This document shows, piece by piece, positions 39,508-50,714 of a DNA stretch of 64,000 nucleotides. The notes under the pieces were generated by a model that saw only the letters and a list, made by a program, of their open reading frames with translations, did not search any database and had not been told where the DNA came from. This DNA comes from Tubulanus polymorphus (taxonomy: Eukaryota > Animalia > Nemertea). The translations under genes and the position numbers were made by a program. The stretch covers positions 2,500,131-2,564,130 of the forward strand of contig NC_134033.1 in assembly GCF_964204645.1 (NCBI RefSeq), written 5' to 3'. How positions within the stretch are numbered: position 1 is the stretch's first letter; each line of letters opens with the position of its first letter.

Positions 39508-42500
39508 ACTCGGGGTAACACTGACATCTTACAATTTTGAAGAGAAACCTACCATATGAAGAAACAATTACAAAAGTATTTGACGTTTCAATTCTATGAG
39601 ACATTATCGAAAATATTCAGTTTTGAATATGGCTCATAGAATCGAGTTGATACGTCAAATACTCGTTCTTTTTTCATATCGTGGATTGTTCTTCGATTTT
39701 GAAACAAACAGCTGTTCGACTGACACAATGTCCTGACCGTAGAATAGTTTTGACGGCCTTTCGATCGTGAGTAAAACACCTTACCCAACCGAAACATACG
39801 ACGAATTCTTCTATAAAACGTCAAGCTATCATTTTAGCATAAAAACGGATCTCAGCGTCTTCAAATAATAACGCGTTATTCTTCTTAATCAAACACATTG
39901 AATATGCTCACAAAATCACTTTCTATTTTCTTTTGGCAATTCGATTTCGTGTCAGGATCCTCATCCACTCGTAAAGAACCAAATCACAAACAAACTTTTG
40001 TAGTATGTTCCGCGCAATATTAAACCTTGGGCTCATTACTTTTAGTTAAAAATACATTTCGATGTTCGGCCTTTGTCCTTCGGCGCACTCGTAACCTTTA
40101 AGAGTTGAGTTGAGTGTAGTTTATTACCGTGACTTGTGTATGAAATTGAACAAACCTATTTTAATTGCCGAACATACTAAACAAACGCAAACCCAGCCAT
40201 TAAACGCGGGCTTATAAGTCATCGATGACACTTAATAACGTATTAAACAGTTGATTATAGCGAATGGACTTCTAGTAAAGCCATTTTTACTATTCGCATA
40301 TACTCGCACCGTAATGTACCTCACTCAACTATAACTCTTTTATTTGCTCGATAGTAAATGAAATCACGCCCTGCTAGGAATCCCACTAAATTCGTGAAAC
40401 AATGATCACTTCAAGCTTGTTAGTCGCCTGCCGCCCAACGTTCTGTCAAATATCAGTAGTGAATCAGTCAGTGTTGTGGATCGCGATATCCGTGATAAAA
40501 CGATGAGTAAATTAGTAATTCTTCGGGTGGTTGCTGCCACCCTTCATTTAAGAATGCAGAAGGGTGGTAGCGACCACCCGAAATATTACTTATATTTTAA
40601 TAAACTTTTTGGATCAATTCATTTATTGTTGGATTTTTACTCAAATATCAGTATGCTTCTCTAAAAAACTGTATAAAAATTTAACTGGCCACTTTCGCTA
40701 AGTCGGCCTTGGAGTGAGTATCGAAAATCAGGCAACTACCGAGTGCAAAATGAATTCATCTTCAAATTAGAAATCCCGTTTCAACTTTTAAATCTATTGA
40801 GATCACAAAAACTATATGTAAAATAATTTAACATTTTTACGATTTTCATTTGTCTAAATATATATAGCCATTGGCAAAAAAGCGTTTACGCCACAAGTGC
40901 CGCGTTGGCAAAATATCCACTTCATATTCGAAAAACGCTGGAAAGTTTTAATCAACCTACCCGAAAGCGCGCTCTCCTCAAATCGCTGACTTAGTCACTA
41001 ATTCGTATACCGCATGTCCGCTAGAAATATCCGCCCCGCTGAGCCGTTCCTCAAAATCGAAATTCGAATCTTCGCTCAACAGCCACGTTTGATATTGTTC
41101 ACTTCGCCATATTGTTTTATTTTTCGATGTCGAGTCGTTTCGGACGGCCCTGAACGGCCGATTCGAACCGTTAATTTCGGAAAACTGTGAATGTTTCTCG
41201 GAATCACAACTACGTATTAAACGCGGAGCAAACTGTGATGAATAATGCATTAGATTCGACGCGGTTTCAGCGGTATGTCGACTGGCTGATGCACAGGTAT
41301 CATTAATATCGGAAAGAACTATTAGTTAGATATATGTTACATTATACAAAAGGCAGACAGATCGATTATATGAAAAAAACTAAAGCACGATGCTTAAGAT
41401 AAAATGTGTATGTTATAACACTTACCAAGCAGGCGTATTGTTTCAGTCAAAGTTGAACTACTGTTTAGTTAATGGTAGCCCAGTACTGTTCGGTTAAAAT
41501 ACCGAATTAGCCAATTATGTACTTCGATTTAAACAAAAAATTCTGTAAACTAGACCGCCGATCACGCAAATCGATTTCCGATTTCAAAATCAAACCCCCT
41601 GTTTCGCTCCCGGCAGGTGTGGTGGGTCTGTCGGGGACACTCTATCAAAAAATCAAACGAAATCTACCAACCAAATAAATAACAGGGACAATCCCTATTT
41701 TAAGATTTAAAAAAAAAGTAAAATCACTTTGTTTCTCCTTAGTCGGGTCATTTCGTAAACTGCAATGATATTTGTCGTCAGTTCATTGCTACATTGTTAG
41801 CTTGATCATGATTTTAAAAAAACGTGATGAACAGAGTAGCCTTACTATTCCGCTTTTTTAAAATCAAATAAGTCTTTATTAGATAAAAAATAAGATTGCG
41901 TGTATACACATGTCAAACCGGGTGGCGCATTTTAAGACATATTAATTTTACAGATCTCAAGCAAAAAGAGACAAAACATACCCACACGTTACGGACTTAA
42001 CACGTACAGTATTGCGTATGATATTTTTAGAAGGAATCATATGATGTTTTTAGAAGGAATCGGAGATTATTACCGATAAATTCAATTATTCCGTTGAGGA
42101 TGCGTTAAGGATGGCTGTTACGGTCACTCATGCGACCAATGGCCGTCGCACGGAGGTCTGTTCAGTTAAAAATGGCGGTTTGGGCAGCTGATACCGGACA
42201 GCAGTTCAAAACTCGGTTCAACAGCTATGCGATCCAACGCAAGTTTTCGAAACGATCTTAAAAATTCACTAGAAATTTGGGGTATACATTTCGCGCAGAA
42301 CCGACCATATCGATAACGACGACAATCATACAAATATATATTATCATAGTCGAATTAAATGAACATTTATATATGATAGCATCGGCCTTCAGCAGTCGTC
42401 AGCAGACATTCTGTCGACATAGTTTAGGTATATGGAGGATACTTGAAGATTCTGACGAGCAGGCGGGCCGCATGAATATTTCAGCACATCGTATACCGTT

Positions 42501-43134
42501 CAAGGGTCGAGGCGATGTGTTTAATTGCCAATCGAGGAGAAATTACACGATTTTTACCCGGCGAACGAATACATATTTATATTTGCGTTTTGAGTTCGAC
42601 GATAAACGAACCACGCCACAACGCGGGTCGGTAACTTCGCGAGCGCCGGGGTTTTTTCCACGAGGAAGCGCTCTTGAAATATTTCGAATATCTAACGACG
42701 TTTAAGAGGCTGACATTACGAATAGTTTTGAAACATGTTCAGGGTTTTCTGCACACCTTACCCGGTGCTGAGTGGAATTTTTAAATGTTCAAGTGGTATT
42801 AGCGCTCGCGAATAGGTTCTGGGTGTCAATTGGTAGATTTAAGCACGTGTGTCATAAAGAAATGTAATGTTATCGCCATTATAGCTCACACCCATAACTC
42901 AAATAATATTAGAATAAAAATCTGGGTCTATCGTCCCGGGACCCTTCGTCGGGGTTTTCACGCCATAGAAACCCGTCAAAAATATGTGTTCATAAATTGC
43001 TTGCTATGCGTTGTTTAAGGGTTTCTGTGTGAGTCGATGTGCACTACGTCATCAATATTGACGTTTCGAAATAACAGCACAACATTCAGTTGAAGTCATT
43101 GAAGATGAGAAGTTTGACGGGAAAAAAACTCCCA

Positions 43135-43390
43135 GGGCCCCAGTTTTACAGTATTGTGAGTTGGAGCTAACTGTGAACTCAGGGCCTAGTTCCGCAGTTG
43201 TGTGAGTTAGAGTTAACCGTGAACTCAGGATCCAGTTCCGCAGTTGTGTTAGTTAGAGTTAACCGTGAACTCAGGACCCAGTTCCATAGTGTTTTGAGTT
43301 AGAGCTAGGTAACTCTGTGTCCGGAATAAGTCCATTTTCAAACAGATAATTCCGAGTTAAATCTTAGCTCGCAACCGTGGAATTGGATCT
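43135..43390. mobile_element. MITE family A copy with its left end tandemly amplified about 4 times
   Basis: CAGG..CAGTT..CAG..TGTGAGTT.GAG.TAAC.GTGAACT is repeated, followed by the rest of the family A body and the right TIR. Confidence 0.7.
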
Positions 43391-44069
43391 CCGGAGCATT
43401 TTGCCGCTTCTACGCAATTGCTAAAAGCCATCTTCAAAAACAGATCTCTGAGTCGAACCGTCAAAATCCTCCGATCTTTTCACTTATTTCAGTATTTCAT
43501 TCACCAAATAATTCTGAATTTTCTAAAATCGATCAAACTCTCGATCAAAATTTAGTTCATTTTCGATGAATTAACTCCTAGTCAAATTCTAACCCAGAGC
43601 CGATCCAATTATTTATCTAGCGGGAAAATAGTTAACTATTGGCCAAAAATTAGTTCATTTTCGATGAATTCTAACTCGGAACCGGTCCAGCGCTTCAGTA
43701 CATATCTAATAACGGTAATAAATTCCTGGAAAACTTATCCAGATAGTTGCCCGTAGCAACATAACAAAACAAAAACTGGTTGTTTTGAAATACGCCTACT
43801 ACGCACTCATAAACTCCTCGATTCTAGTTTCGATATAAATTCGATAATTACCCGCGTTTCCTTTCTGAACCCCGAGAGCTGCTCGTTGGTGTTTGACGTA
43901 CGCGTAAAACAAAACCTTCGACAAAAAACCGATAGTACGACATGCAAACATACTGCCGGGTGTACTCTGTTCTTAGATTTTCAATATTTTCTGTATGGCA
44001 TTGACTCGGCGAGTGGCCTATATTTACCGCGCGCCAAGCGTATGTCGTCATATTGGCCGTCACGTGTGC

Positions 44070-44254
44070 AGCCCAACGCACACGGCACCGAAAAAACATT
44101 TTTTCCTCGTGAACAAAAAACGTTTTCGATGTTTTTTGTTATGCCGTGTGCGGGGGAGGCAAAACACACAAAACGCCGAACTGAAAAACGTTTTTCACGA
44201 GCAAAAACCGTTTTCTGAAAAACGTGTTTTCTGTTTCGGAGTGTGCGCTGGGCT
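44070..44254. mobile_element. Palindromic MITE-like element
   Basis: AGCCCAACGCACAC ... GTGTGCGCTGGGCT (13 of 14 inverted match), with internal AAAACGTTTT palindromes. Confidence 0.6.
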
Positions 44255-44292
44255 TGCCAGCAGACTTACTGTAAAGAGCGCGAAGACATACA

Positions 44293-44470
44293 CAGTGGGA
44301 CCTCGTTACAACGAACTTCACAGGACCAGGAAATCTGTTCGTTATAACCGATAGGTCGTTAAATCCAGTATGAAATAAATTAAGTTTCCTTACACTTTTT
44401 GGGAGGAAATTCTACGATATATTTGATATATCCGATGATTAAAATCGTTGTATCCGAAAGAGTATCCACT
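44293..44470. mobile_element. Degenerate pogo/Tigger-like MITE
   Basis: Starts CAGTGGGACCTCGTTACAACGAAC with CGTTATAACCG subterminal motifs. The right end is decayed. Confidence 0.45.
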
Positions 44471-44699
44471 TCAGTACTTTGTAGGTTGAGTAGACGTTTT
44501 CAGACGACATACGAGTTTTCGCTACCATTGCCTAGTTGTAGCTTTATCGGGCAAATCAGTCAATAATTGGCTTTTTGATGCCGAAATGAATTTCGGAATT
44601 TCTTCATTCATTGCTACACCTACGTGGCGCGTTATTTTTGAGTGTTCTACGTCATCAATATAGGGGCATTTCGAAATGGCCATATTTGTGTATTGGTAG

Positions 44700-45171
44700 C
44701 ATATCCCGTGTACTGAGGGAGATCAGAATAATTGTTTTAAACCAACTTTGCATTTACTTAGATCATGGACGTACAAACTATTTTTATACGCCCGTGCTTC
44801 GATTTAGACTGCCAATTCTTTTCATATTTAACCGTCACCGTTTTCTGATTTCAAAATCGGCCCTAAGCAGGACTCGAACCAGGCCTTGTCGCTCAGCACT
44901 GAACGTAAGGCTAAAAAAATTGATACCTTGTTTCTCCGCTCTGCTGAGCTTAAATGTTGACCCGGCCGGCCGCCTATCTACCCTATACATTACTTTTTTT
45001 AAATCGTGATCAATTTAACCATAACAGACCCGGCCGCTATAGAAATGAACTGTTTATTAATTTTATCATATTTTACAAAAATGACCCGGCCGCTGCGGAG
45101 AAACGAGGTATCATTTTTGTTTAGCCTAAACGCAACAGCAATCACACCTTATCCCACTGACCTACTGCGCT
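44700..45171 (-). mobile_element. tRNA-derived SINE head (or tRNA pseudogene) interrupted by a MITE; 3' boundary approximate
   Basis: Minus-strand A box TAGGTCAGTGG (45164-45154) and B box GGTTCGAGTCC (44880-44870), separated by the inserted MITE. Confidence 0.55.
44909..45126. mobile_element. MITE family C, intact, PIF/Harbinger (Tourist)-like
   Basis: About 31-bp TIRs, GGCTAAAAAAATTGATACCTTGTTTCTCCGC and GCGGAGAAACGAGGTATCATTTTTGTTTAGCC, flanked by TAA on both sides (44906-44908 and 45127-45129). Confidence 0.85.
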
Positions 45172-45946
45172 AATTTCAAATAGAAGCGTTTAGATAATTA
45201 GAATGATTTCGAGTTAAATCTTGGGTTATAAGTGATCTGTTTCTCGCTCCCAGCAGGTGTGTCGGGTTTGATTGTATACCAAATCGAAATGGAGATCAAA
45301 CGAAATCTACCGATCAAATAGATAACGAGGCAACTCCTTATTTTAAGATCAAAACAAACTATGTAAAGAAATTGAGAAGATTGAAAGCGGAATTCTTTAT
45401 TCAAAATTCAAAAATGGATGACAATACACTCAGTTCTAGTGGTAGCGACTTATTATATAATATATAATTATTTCAATAACAAGGACTCATTTTGTTTTCT
45501 TTTTTTTAATGATACGTTGTGTTTTTCGCCTTTTTTTCTAAATAAAAGAAAAAACCTCTCGACCTCCGAATACGTAATGAGGCACACTTAGAACACGTAT
45601 TAAGCCTATACAGGTCCCTCCTCTAAACGATCATGAACACTTTACACGCAGTGTGTCCTGAAAGTAGAACCTGTCGGAAATCCGAATTCTAATGGCAAGA
45701 ACATATAAATCACACTTGATATATAATGAAAATGTACCGAAAAATCGGCCCCGTAGACGGCTGTTAAAAACACTTTTGACAGTTCTTGAATTTTTTTGCC
45801 TTCTCTGGGCGTGCGTGATGGTACGTATGATTATAGTCTCCGAGTTGGTATTTAGCTATAGGTGTTTACAAGGCCACGATATAAGTAAACATTATGGCAT
45901 TTTTTCGGGTCAAACGCGGAATCCTCGTCGACTTGACCATAATCGT

Positions 45947-48922
45947 TTACGGTTTCGGCGAATCTGCAGCAGTCGCCGCGACCTTGGACCTGGAAATAAT
46001 GAAATTCAAACCGAAACGGTTAGTTCAGAAACGTAAACTCGTTTTATTTTCGAAATATCGAAATGGCCGTTATAAAACCGGTCGTGTCACAAAATTAACA
46101 AGTTCTCTGACGATTTCGGAAAAGTTGGCTAGCTATCAATGATATCATGAAATTTGCAGAGGAATTGTATTCGATCCTCTCGGAATGCCTTCATTATTCC
46201 CCCTATGACATCATCATTAAATTTTCCAGTTATTTTATAAACCGTTGAAAAGGTGAAGCTGCCGCCATAAATCCCCCTTTACCTAAATATACCCTCTCAG
46301 AATATTTACTGCCTTCATAAATCCCCCTATGACATCATCATTGAATTAGCTAGTTATTCTATATGAAAAGATCCTTCCAAAAGATGGACGCCAAGATAGA
46401 TCGCACATGACATCTTCAGAGCCTACGTAGTTTACAAATCCACACATCGGTGACGTCATAGGAGGGCGTCATCGGAACTGCCCTCATTCCCGGAAGGTAT
46501 CGGTGGCCTTCGGCATATTGATTTAGACACTTACACGCAAATCGGCGAGTAGACGTGGTCGAGAATGCAGAACGACCGTGAGGGACACCGTATTGTCTGA
46601 CAGGACGTGACGCAATCAACAGCCAGCGAATCAGCGTCGACGACCACGCACGAGTAACCTACGTCACAGATCACGTGCGAGCAGAGTTGCGATGTATCAC
46701 GTGACAACGTGGCTGAAAATGGAAAATCATCACGATTTTAGAATTTATTTTCTTGAAGATTAAATGTTGATGCAGGGGCCTGTATGGTCTCTGGATCGGA
46801 TAGTCATGGCCTAGACTTAAGACCAGCCCAAGACTATATTAGTTCCAAAGCGAATCTAACAACTAAAGATCAGCCTAAACTCATTTTGGTTCTATAACCA
46901 ATCTAACAACTTATTACCAGTCTAAGCTCATATTGGTTCTATTACCAATCTAACAACTTAAGACCAGTCTAAGCTCATTTTGGTTCTATAACCAATATAA
47001 CAATTCAACACCAGTCCAAAACTGTCTTAGTTTAATTGTCAATCTAACCAAGACCAAGACCACCTTTTGACATAATAATTTCGAGTACGGATCCGGACCC
47101 AGTTAGGTCAGGTCCACAGTTCATAGTGAAGTTTGACGCTTGAAAAACCGATCTGGACCGTCCTCTAGGAGCTGAAATATATTAAGTATCGCGTGGTTGG
47201 ATCGAGGATCCAGTTCCGCAGTTGTGAGTTAAGATTTGATTCGGAGTTAAGTCATTGCAATTTAACTAATTCTAACTTAGAGTTTAACTCACACACAACT
47301 GTTGAACTGAGTGCAAGGGTTTTTAAGTTTATGACGAAAATTCCAACCCATAAATTTGGAAACGGGTGCTCAACAAACACTGCATATAGATATGTACCGT
47401 CGAAACCTTGTTGAGTGTAGGAAACATTTGCTTCGACTCCGAACAAACTGAGGCGCGGTTGAGAGGCGTCCATTTGAACGACGGTAAGCAGGGCTTTACG
47501 CAAGTCACCGCCGCGTTCCCGCATCAACGACCTCAACGACTCTACGTCTAAATGAAGGTCCGTATCGACCAGTATACTGCCGCTTCTGCAACAGAGAGAA
47601 ATTGGATCTTAGCAAGAAAACTAAACTTGAATTGTTTTTTCGCCTTGATAAATAACAAGTAGACATCGCATTGTTTAACATGGCTAATGGCCTCAAAAAG
47701 GCAATTTTCAAAATGGGAAGTGTATGAGTCGATGTGCACTACGTCATCAATATTTGGGTTACAAAATAACGGCTACAATTGTGAATTTTGATGTTCATCT
47801 TGTAATTAGATATAGTTCATGCCTCTTGTTCTATATTTCATATTTCGTGCCTTCTTGATAATTTATTCTAATGACTATTAGAACATAGCGTGAGTGGATG
47901 TGCAAAACGTCACCAAAATTGGGGCTCGACTGTGCGTGGCAATCAAATTGTCGATATTCAAAATAACTTGATCGATGCTGAACGTATATATTGTATGATC
48001 TGAATCATATCATCGATCGTCGGCCAGGGGTCCCCGGTTTCACAGCGGTGAGTTTCAAAAAGTTGACGCACAAATCAGTTTATTTTCAATGTTCTCACTC
48101 TATCTCAGATCTGTGGAACTGGATCCAGTGATTTGTAAGACATATACCATTTTATTTATTAAAAATCGAACTCACGTGACATTATTGACATTAACAGACT
48201 TGACGGCTCCAGATTTCATCAACATTTTTGCCTGCAGAAGATTTTGTATATGATTAACATTTTTGAAAATATCTTTTAGTAATTACGGTGTCAAATACAG
48301 CAAGTTTGAGGACTCGAACCGTTTGAAATACTTACCATCAGTTCTTTGATCAACTGTATTTGCGCATCGGTTAAATTGGTGTTGAATTTGAACACGACTT
48401 TCACCGGAAGTGTAGCGTTTTCTACGACGAGAAATCATCGCACGATCGAAGAAAAATAGGGAAAATAAGTCAATTTTCAACATGACAAGTCGACGTCGTT
48501 TAAGACAGAAATTTAAAACAATCGCAACAGACTCTGCTCGAGTTAAATATTTTTCTGACCCTAAGTGTATATACTTTCTTAATCGAATTCAAATCGAGAA
48601 AAGCGGAAATATGAAATCGGGGGAAACGACCAAAACGGCAGAAAAATGTTGTTGGCCTGCGCCTAATGTATCTTCTATGTACGTCATCTTCAAGCTTTCG
48701 GGCATACTCACTGAAATTAGGCGCCGCTGTGAGCGGCCTAGTCGTCGGCGGAAGTGTGGACGATAGAGTCGTCACTTCCGGCGTTGTCGTCTGCGGAGGA
48801 CAGATACACCGAGTATCCGAAGATGCGATACTCTCGACGCACGGTATCAGAAAGAGACAATGTAAAATGGCCGCCGCCGCGGTAGCAGCAGGCAGCGCGG
48901 ATGTCGTTCGCAAAGTCTTCAT
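45947..48922 (-). CDS. Small secreted SEA-domain protein, a paralogue of the mucin module (about 253 aa, 6 coding exons)
   Basis: Exons 48922-48712, 48421-48336, 48231-48176, 47585-47398, 46712-46535, 45989-45947. Signal peptide MKTLRTT...ILHCLFLIPCVES, then CIC and a short PTS ending APNF. SEA: NATLPVKVVFKFN...VNNVTSGSILVDTDLHL...NVSYTQQGF. Then CSHVICDVGYSCVVVDADSLAVDC and CQTIRCPSRSFCILDHVYSPICV. The last exon and the start (alternative ATG at 48949) are less certain. Confidence 0.8.
46795..47070. mobile_element. MITE family B copy with an internal 47-50-bp segment amplified about 4 times
   Basis: CTCATTTTGGTTCTATAACCAATCTAACAACTTAAGACCAGTCTAA is repeated inside family B sequence. Confidence 0.65.
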
Positions 48923-49439
48923 CTCTGATAACATCGCACACGATACCATGAATTTGAAATAGAAAGAAGAAATAGAAATTTTGAGCAACCAGAAACCCAA
49001 TTTGAATGCTACGATTTTCACGAAGCTGGTATTTTGAAGATTTAGAAATAAATCATAGACAGGCCTGCGTGTTATCAAAATAAACCCTATATCACCGACA
49101 AAGATCTGTAGCACAGTCGTGACTTCAGTACAAAAGTGGTGTTAAATCTGACTGGTCTTAAGTTGTTAGATTGGCTTTAGGGCTAAGTTAGTCTAAGACT
49201 GGTCTAAGCCATGACTGTGCAACCGGCCCTACGTGTACATCAGAATCAACCACATATCACCGAGAAAGATTTGGATTTTAAATTGAATAAAGCTGCAGGT
49301 TAAATTTGATTCTAGGTCACAATTTGAGGGCTTTGGTTAAGTTTGACCCCTGAGTAAAAAGTGGTACATTTCCAACTTTAACATTACTAAATTTTTACCG
49401 ACAAAGCACCGTTAAACTGTGGTTATTAGGCGATGTAGA

Positions 49440-49760
49440 GGTTACTTGCGGATATGCGTCATATTGACCTTAATTGGCAGTCAATCGTGACGTCTAACTT
49501 CAATAAGCCGCTCGCGCTTGACGGTCATTATGACGCAGTGTGACGTCACGAGCATCCTCTACTTAATGTTATATAAGACGTAAATTACGGTAACAAAAAG
49601 TACACACCTTTTTCTTGTTTCAGTAACGTGGAATTCCGCAGACTGTTGAAGATGATATTCCCAAACATCAATCGCAATGTCAAAGTATAGATAACACGAT
49701 TAGATGACGCAATATCGGAGTCACATTACAGCGTACTCATCTCACGCCGCCATTTTCTAG
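49440..49760. promoter_or_regulatory. Candidate bidirectional promoter between the SEA paralogue and the coiled-coil gene
   Basis: Full CRE TGACGTCA (49541-49548), several CRE half-sites (49455, 49488, 49531, 49704), palindromic TTATATAA (49569-49576) and YY1-like CGCCGCCATTTT (49745-49756). A plus-strand donor GTAAGT at 49918 suggests a non-coding first exon. Confidence 0.45.
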
Positions 49761-50714
49761 AAGGCGTTGGCGCAGAAAATGCGCGAAAAAAAAACCATGT
49801 CAAAAGCCTCTCGATAAGAATAAAACTAAACGCGTCGCCGACCGAAACGACGGTCCCGGCTATCGTGGATTAATCTCAAAGAAGTGTTTCCCACCAACGC
49901 CTAAACCCACGTGTTGCGTAAGTCCATATAACATATATTCAAGGTCGTGGTAGAGTTAAGAGAAAAGTAGATCTATTTCTTGACTCTCCGACTCGAGATT
50001 GCGCCTTTCAAACTTGACAGACTTTTTGTCGCGAGTAAATATGTCAAAAATGTTTGACGACTCGATTTGCACGGAATCGTTCCATTGATCGTCTTAAATA
50101 CCACATCATTTTAATCAAGGTCATTGTAAATTGGCAGACGAGCCAAGTTCGGCAATGAACACGAAATCTGACTGGTTTTCTGTCGAGCACTGCTATGAGT
50201 GAGAGGTTCTTTTTAGAACCAACGCGTCTAGTTTAATCACTCACACCCATCAAGAACCCATGAGTGTGTTCTATTCACTCACACCCAACACAGCTATGAG
50301 GGGAGTTCGCCAAGAACCCGTGTGTGCGTCGACATGGGTTCTTGTCACTGCCTCCCACCACAGCATGTGAGGAGGTTCATCAAGAACCCTGCATATGTCT
50401 GTTCTAGTCACTGCTGTAAGCGGCGTACACCCAAGGACCACGCGTCTGTTTTCAGTTACTCAACAAGAAACAGACATAGACTGCCCACAACTTTGATGCG
50501 GAGGCTAACTCAAGTAATTTTCTCATAAGTCCCTTGCTTAACGTTAATACCAGTCTATAAAACGGGGCCCATGTATATCTTCGTAAGGTTACCGAGGAAC
50601 ATACTGAGTAACAGTTCCCAGGACTACCTTAGATACAAAACATGCTCTATAGAAACGGTGTCATAGAAACCACCGAATTCACCAGCCTACCCAGTGTCTA
50701 GGCCTTCGCACGCG

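Noticed and set aside
40978-45009. ORF-track entries such as 40978-41250, 42277-42705, 43886-44354 and 44611-45009
   Set aside because: No recognisable motifs and no phase-consistent exon chain. Several overlap MITE or SINE sequence, and many start at TTG/GTG, which carries little weight in an animal genome.
48500-48711. FGF-like look of RRPTTFFCRFGRFPRFHISAFLD together with FGVEANV at about 47440
   Set aside because: A strong phase-1 donor (A|GTGAGT at 48711) precedes it and leads to a coherent SEA exon series. This segment is therefore intronic, and FGVEANV belongs to the SEA C-terminus.
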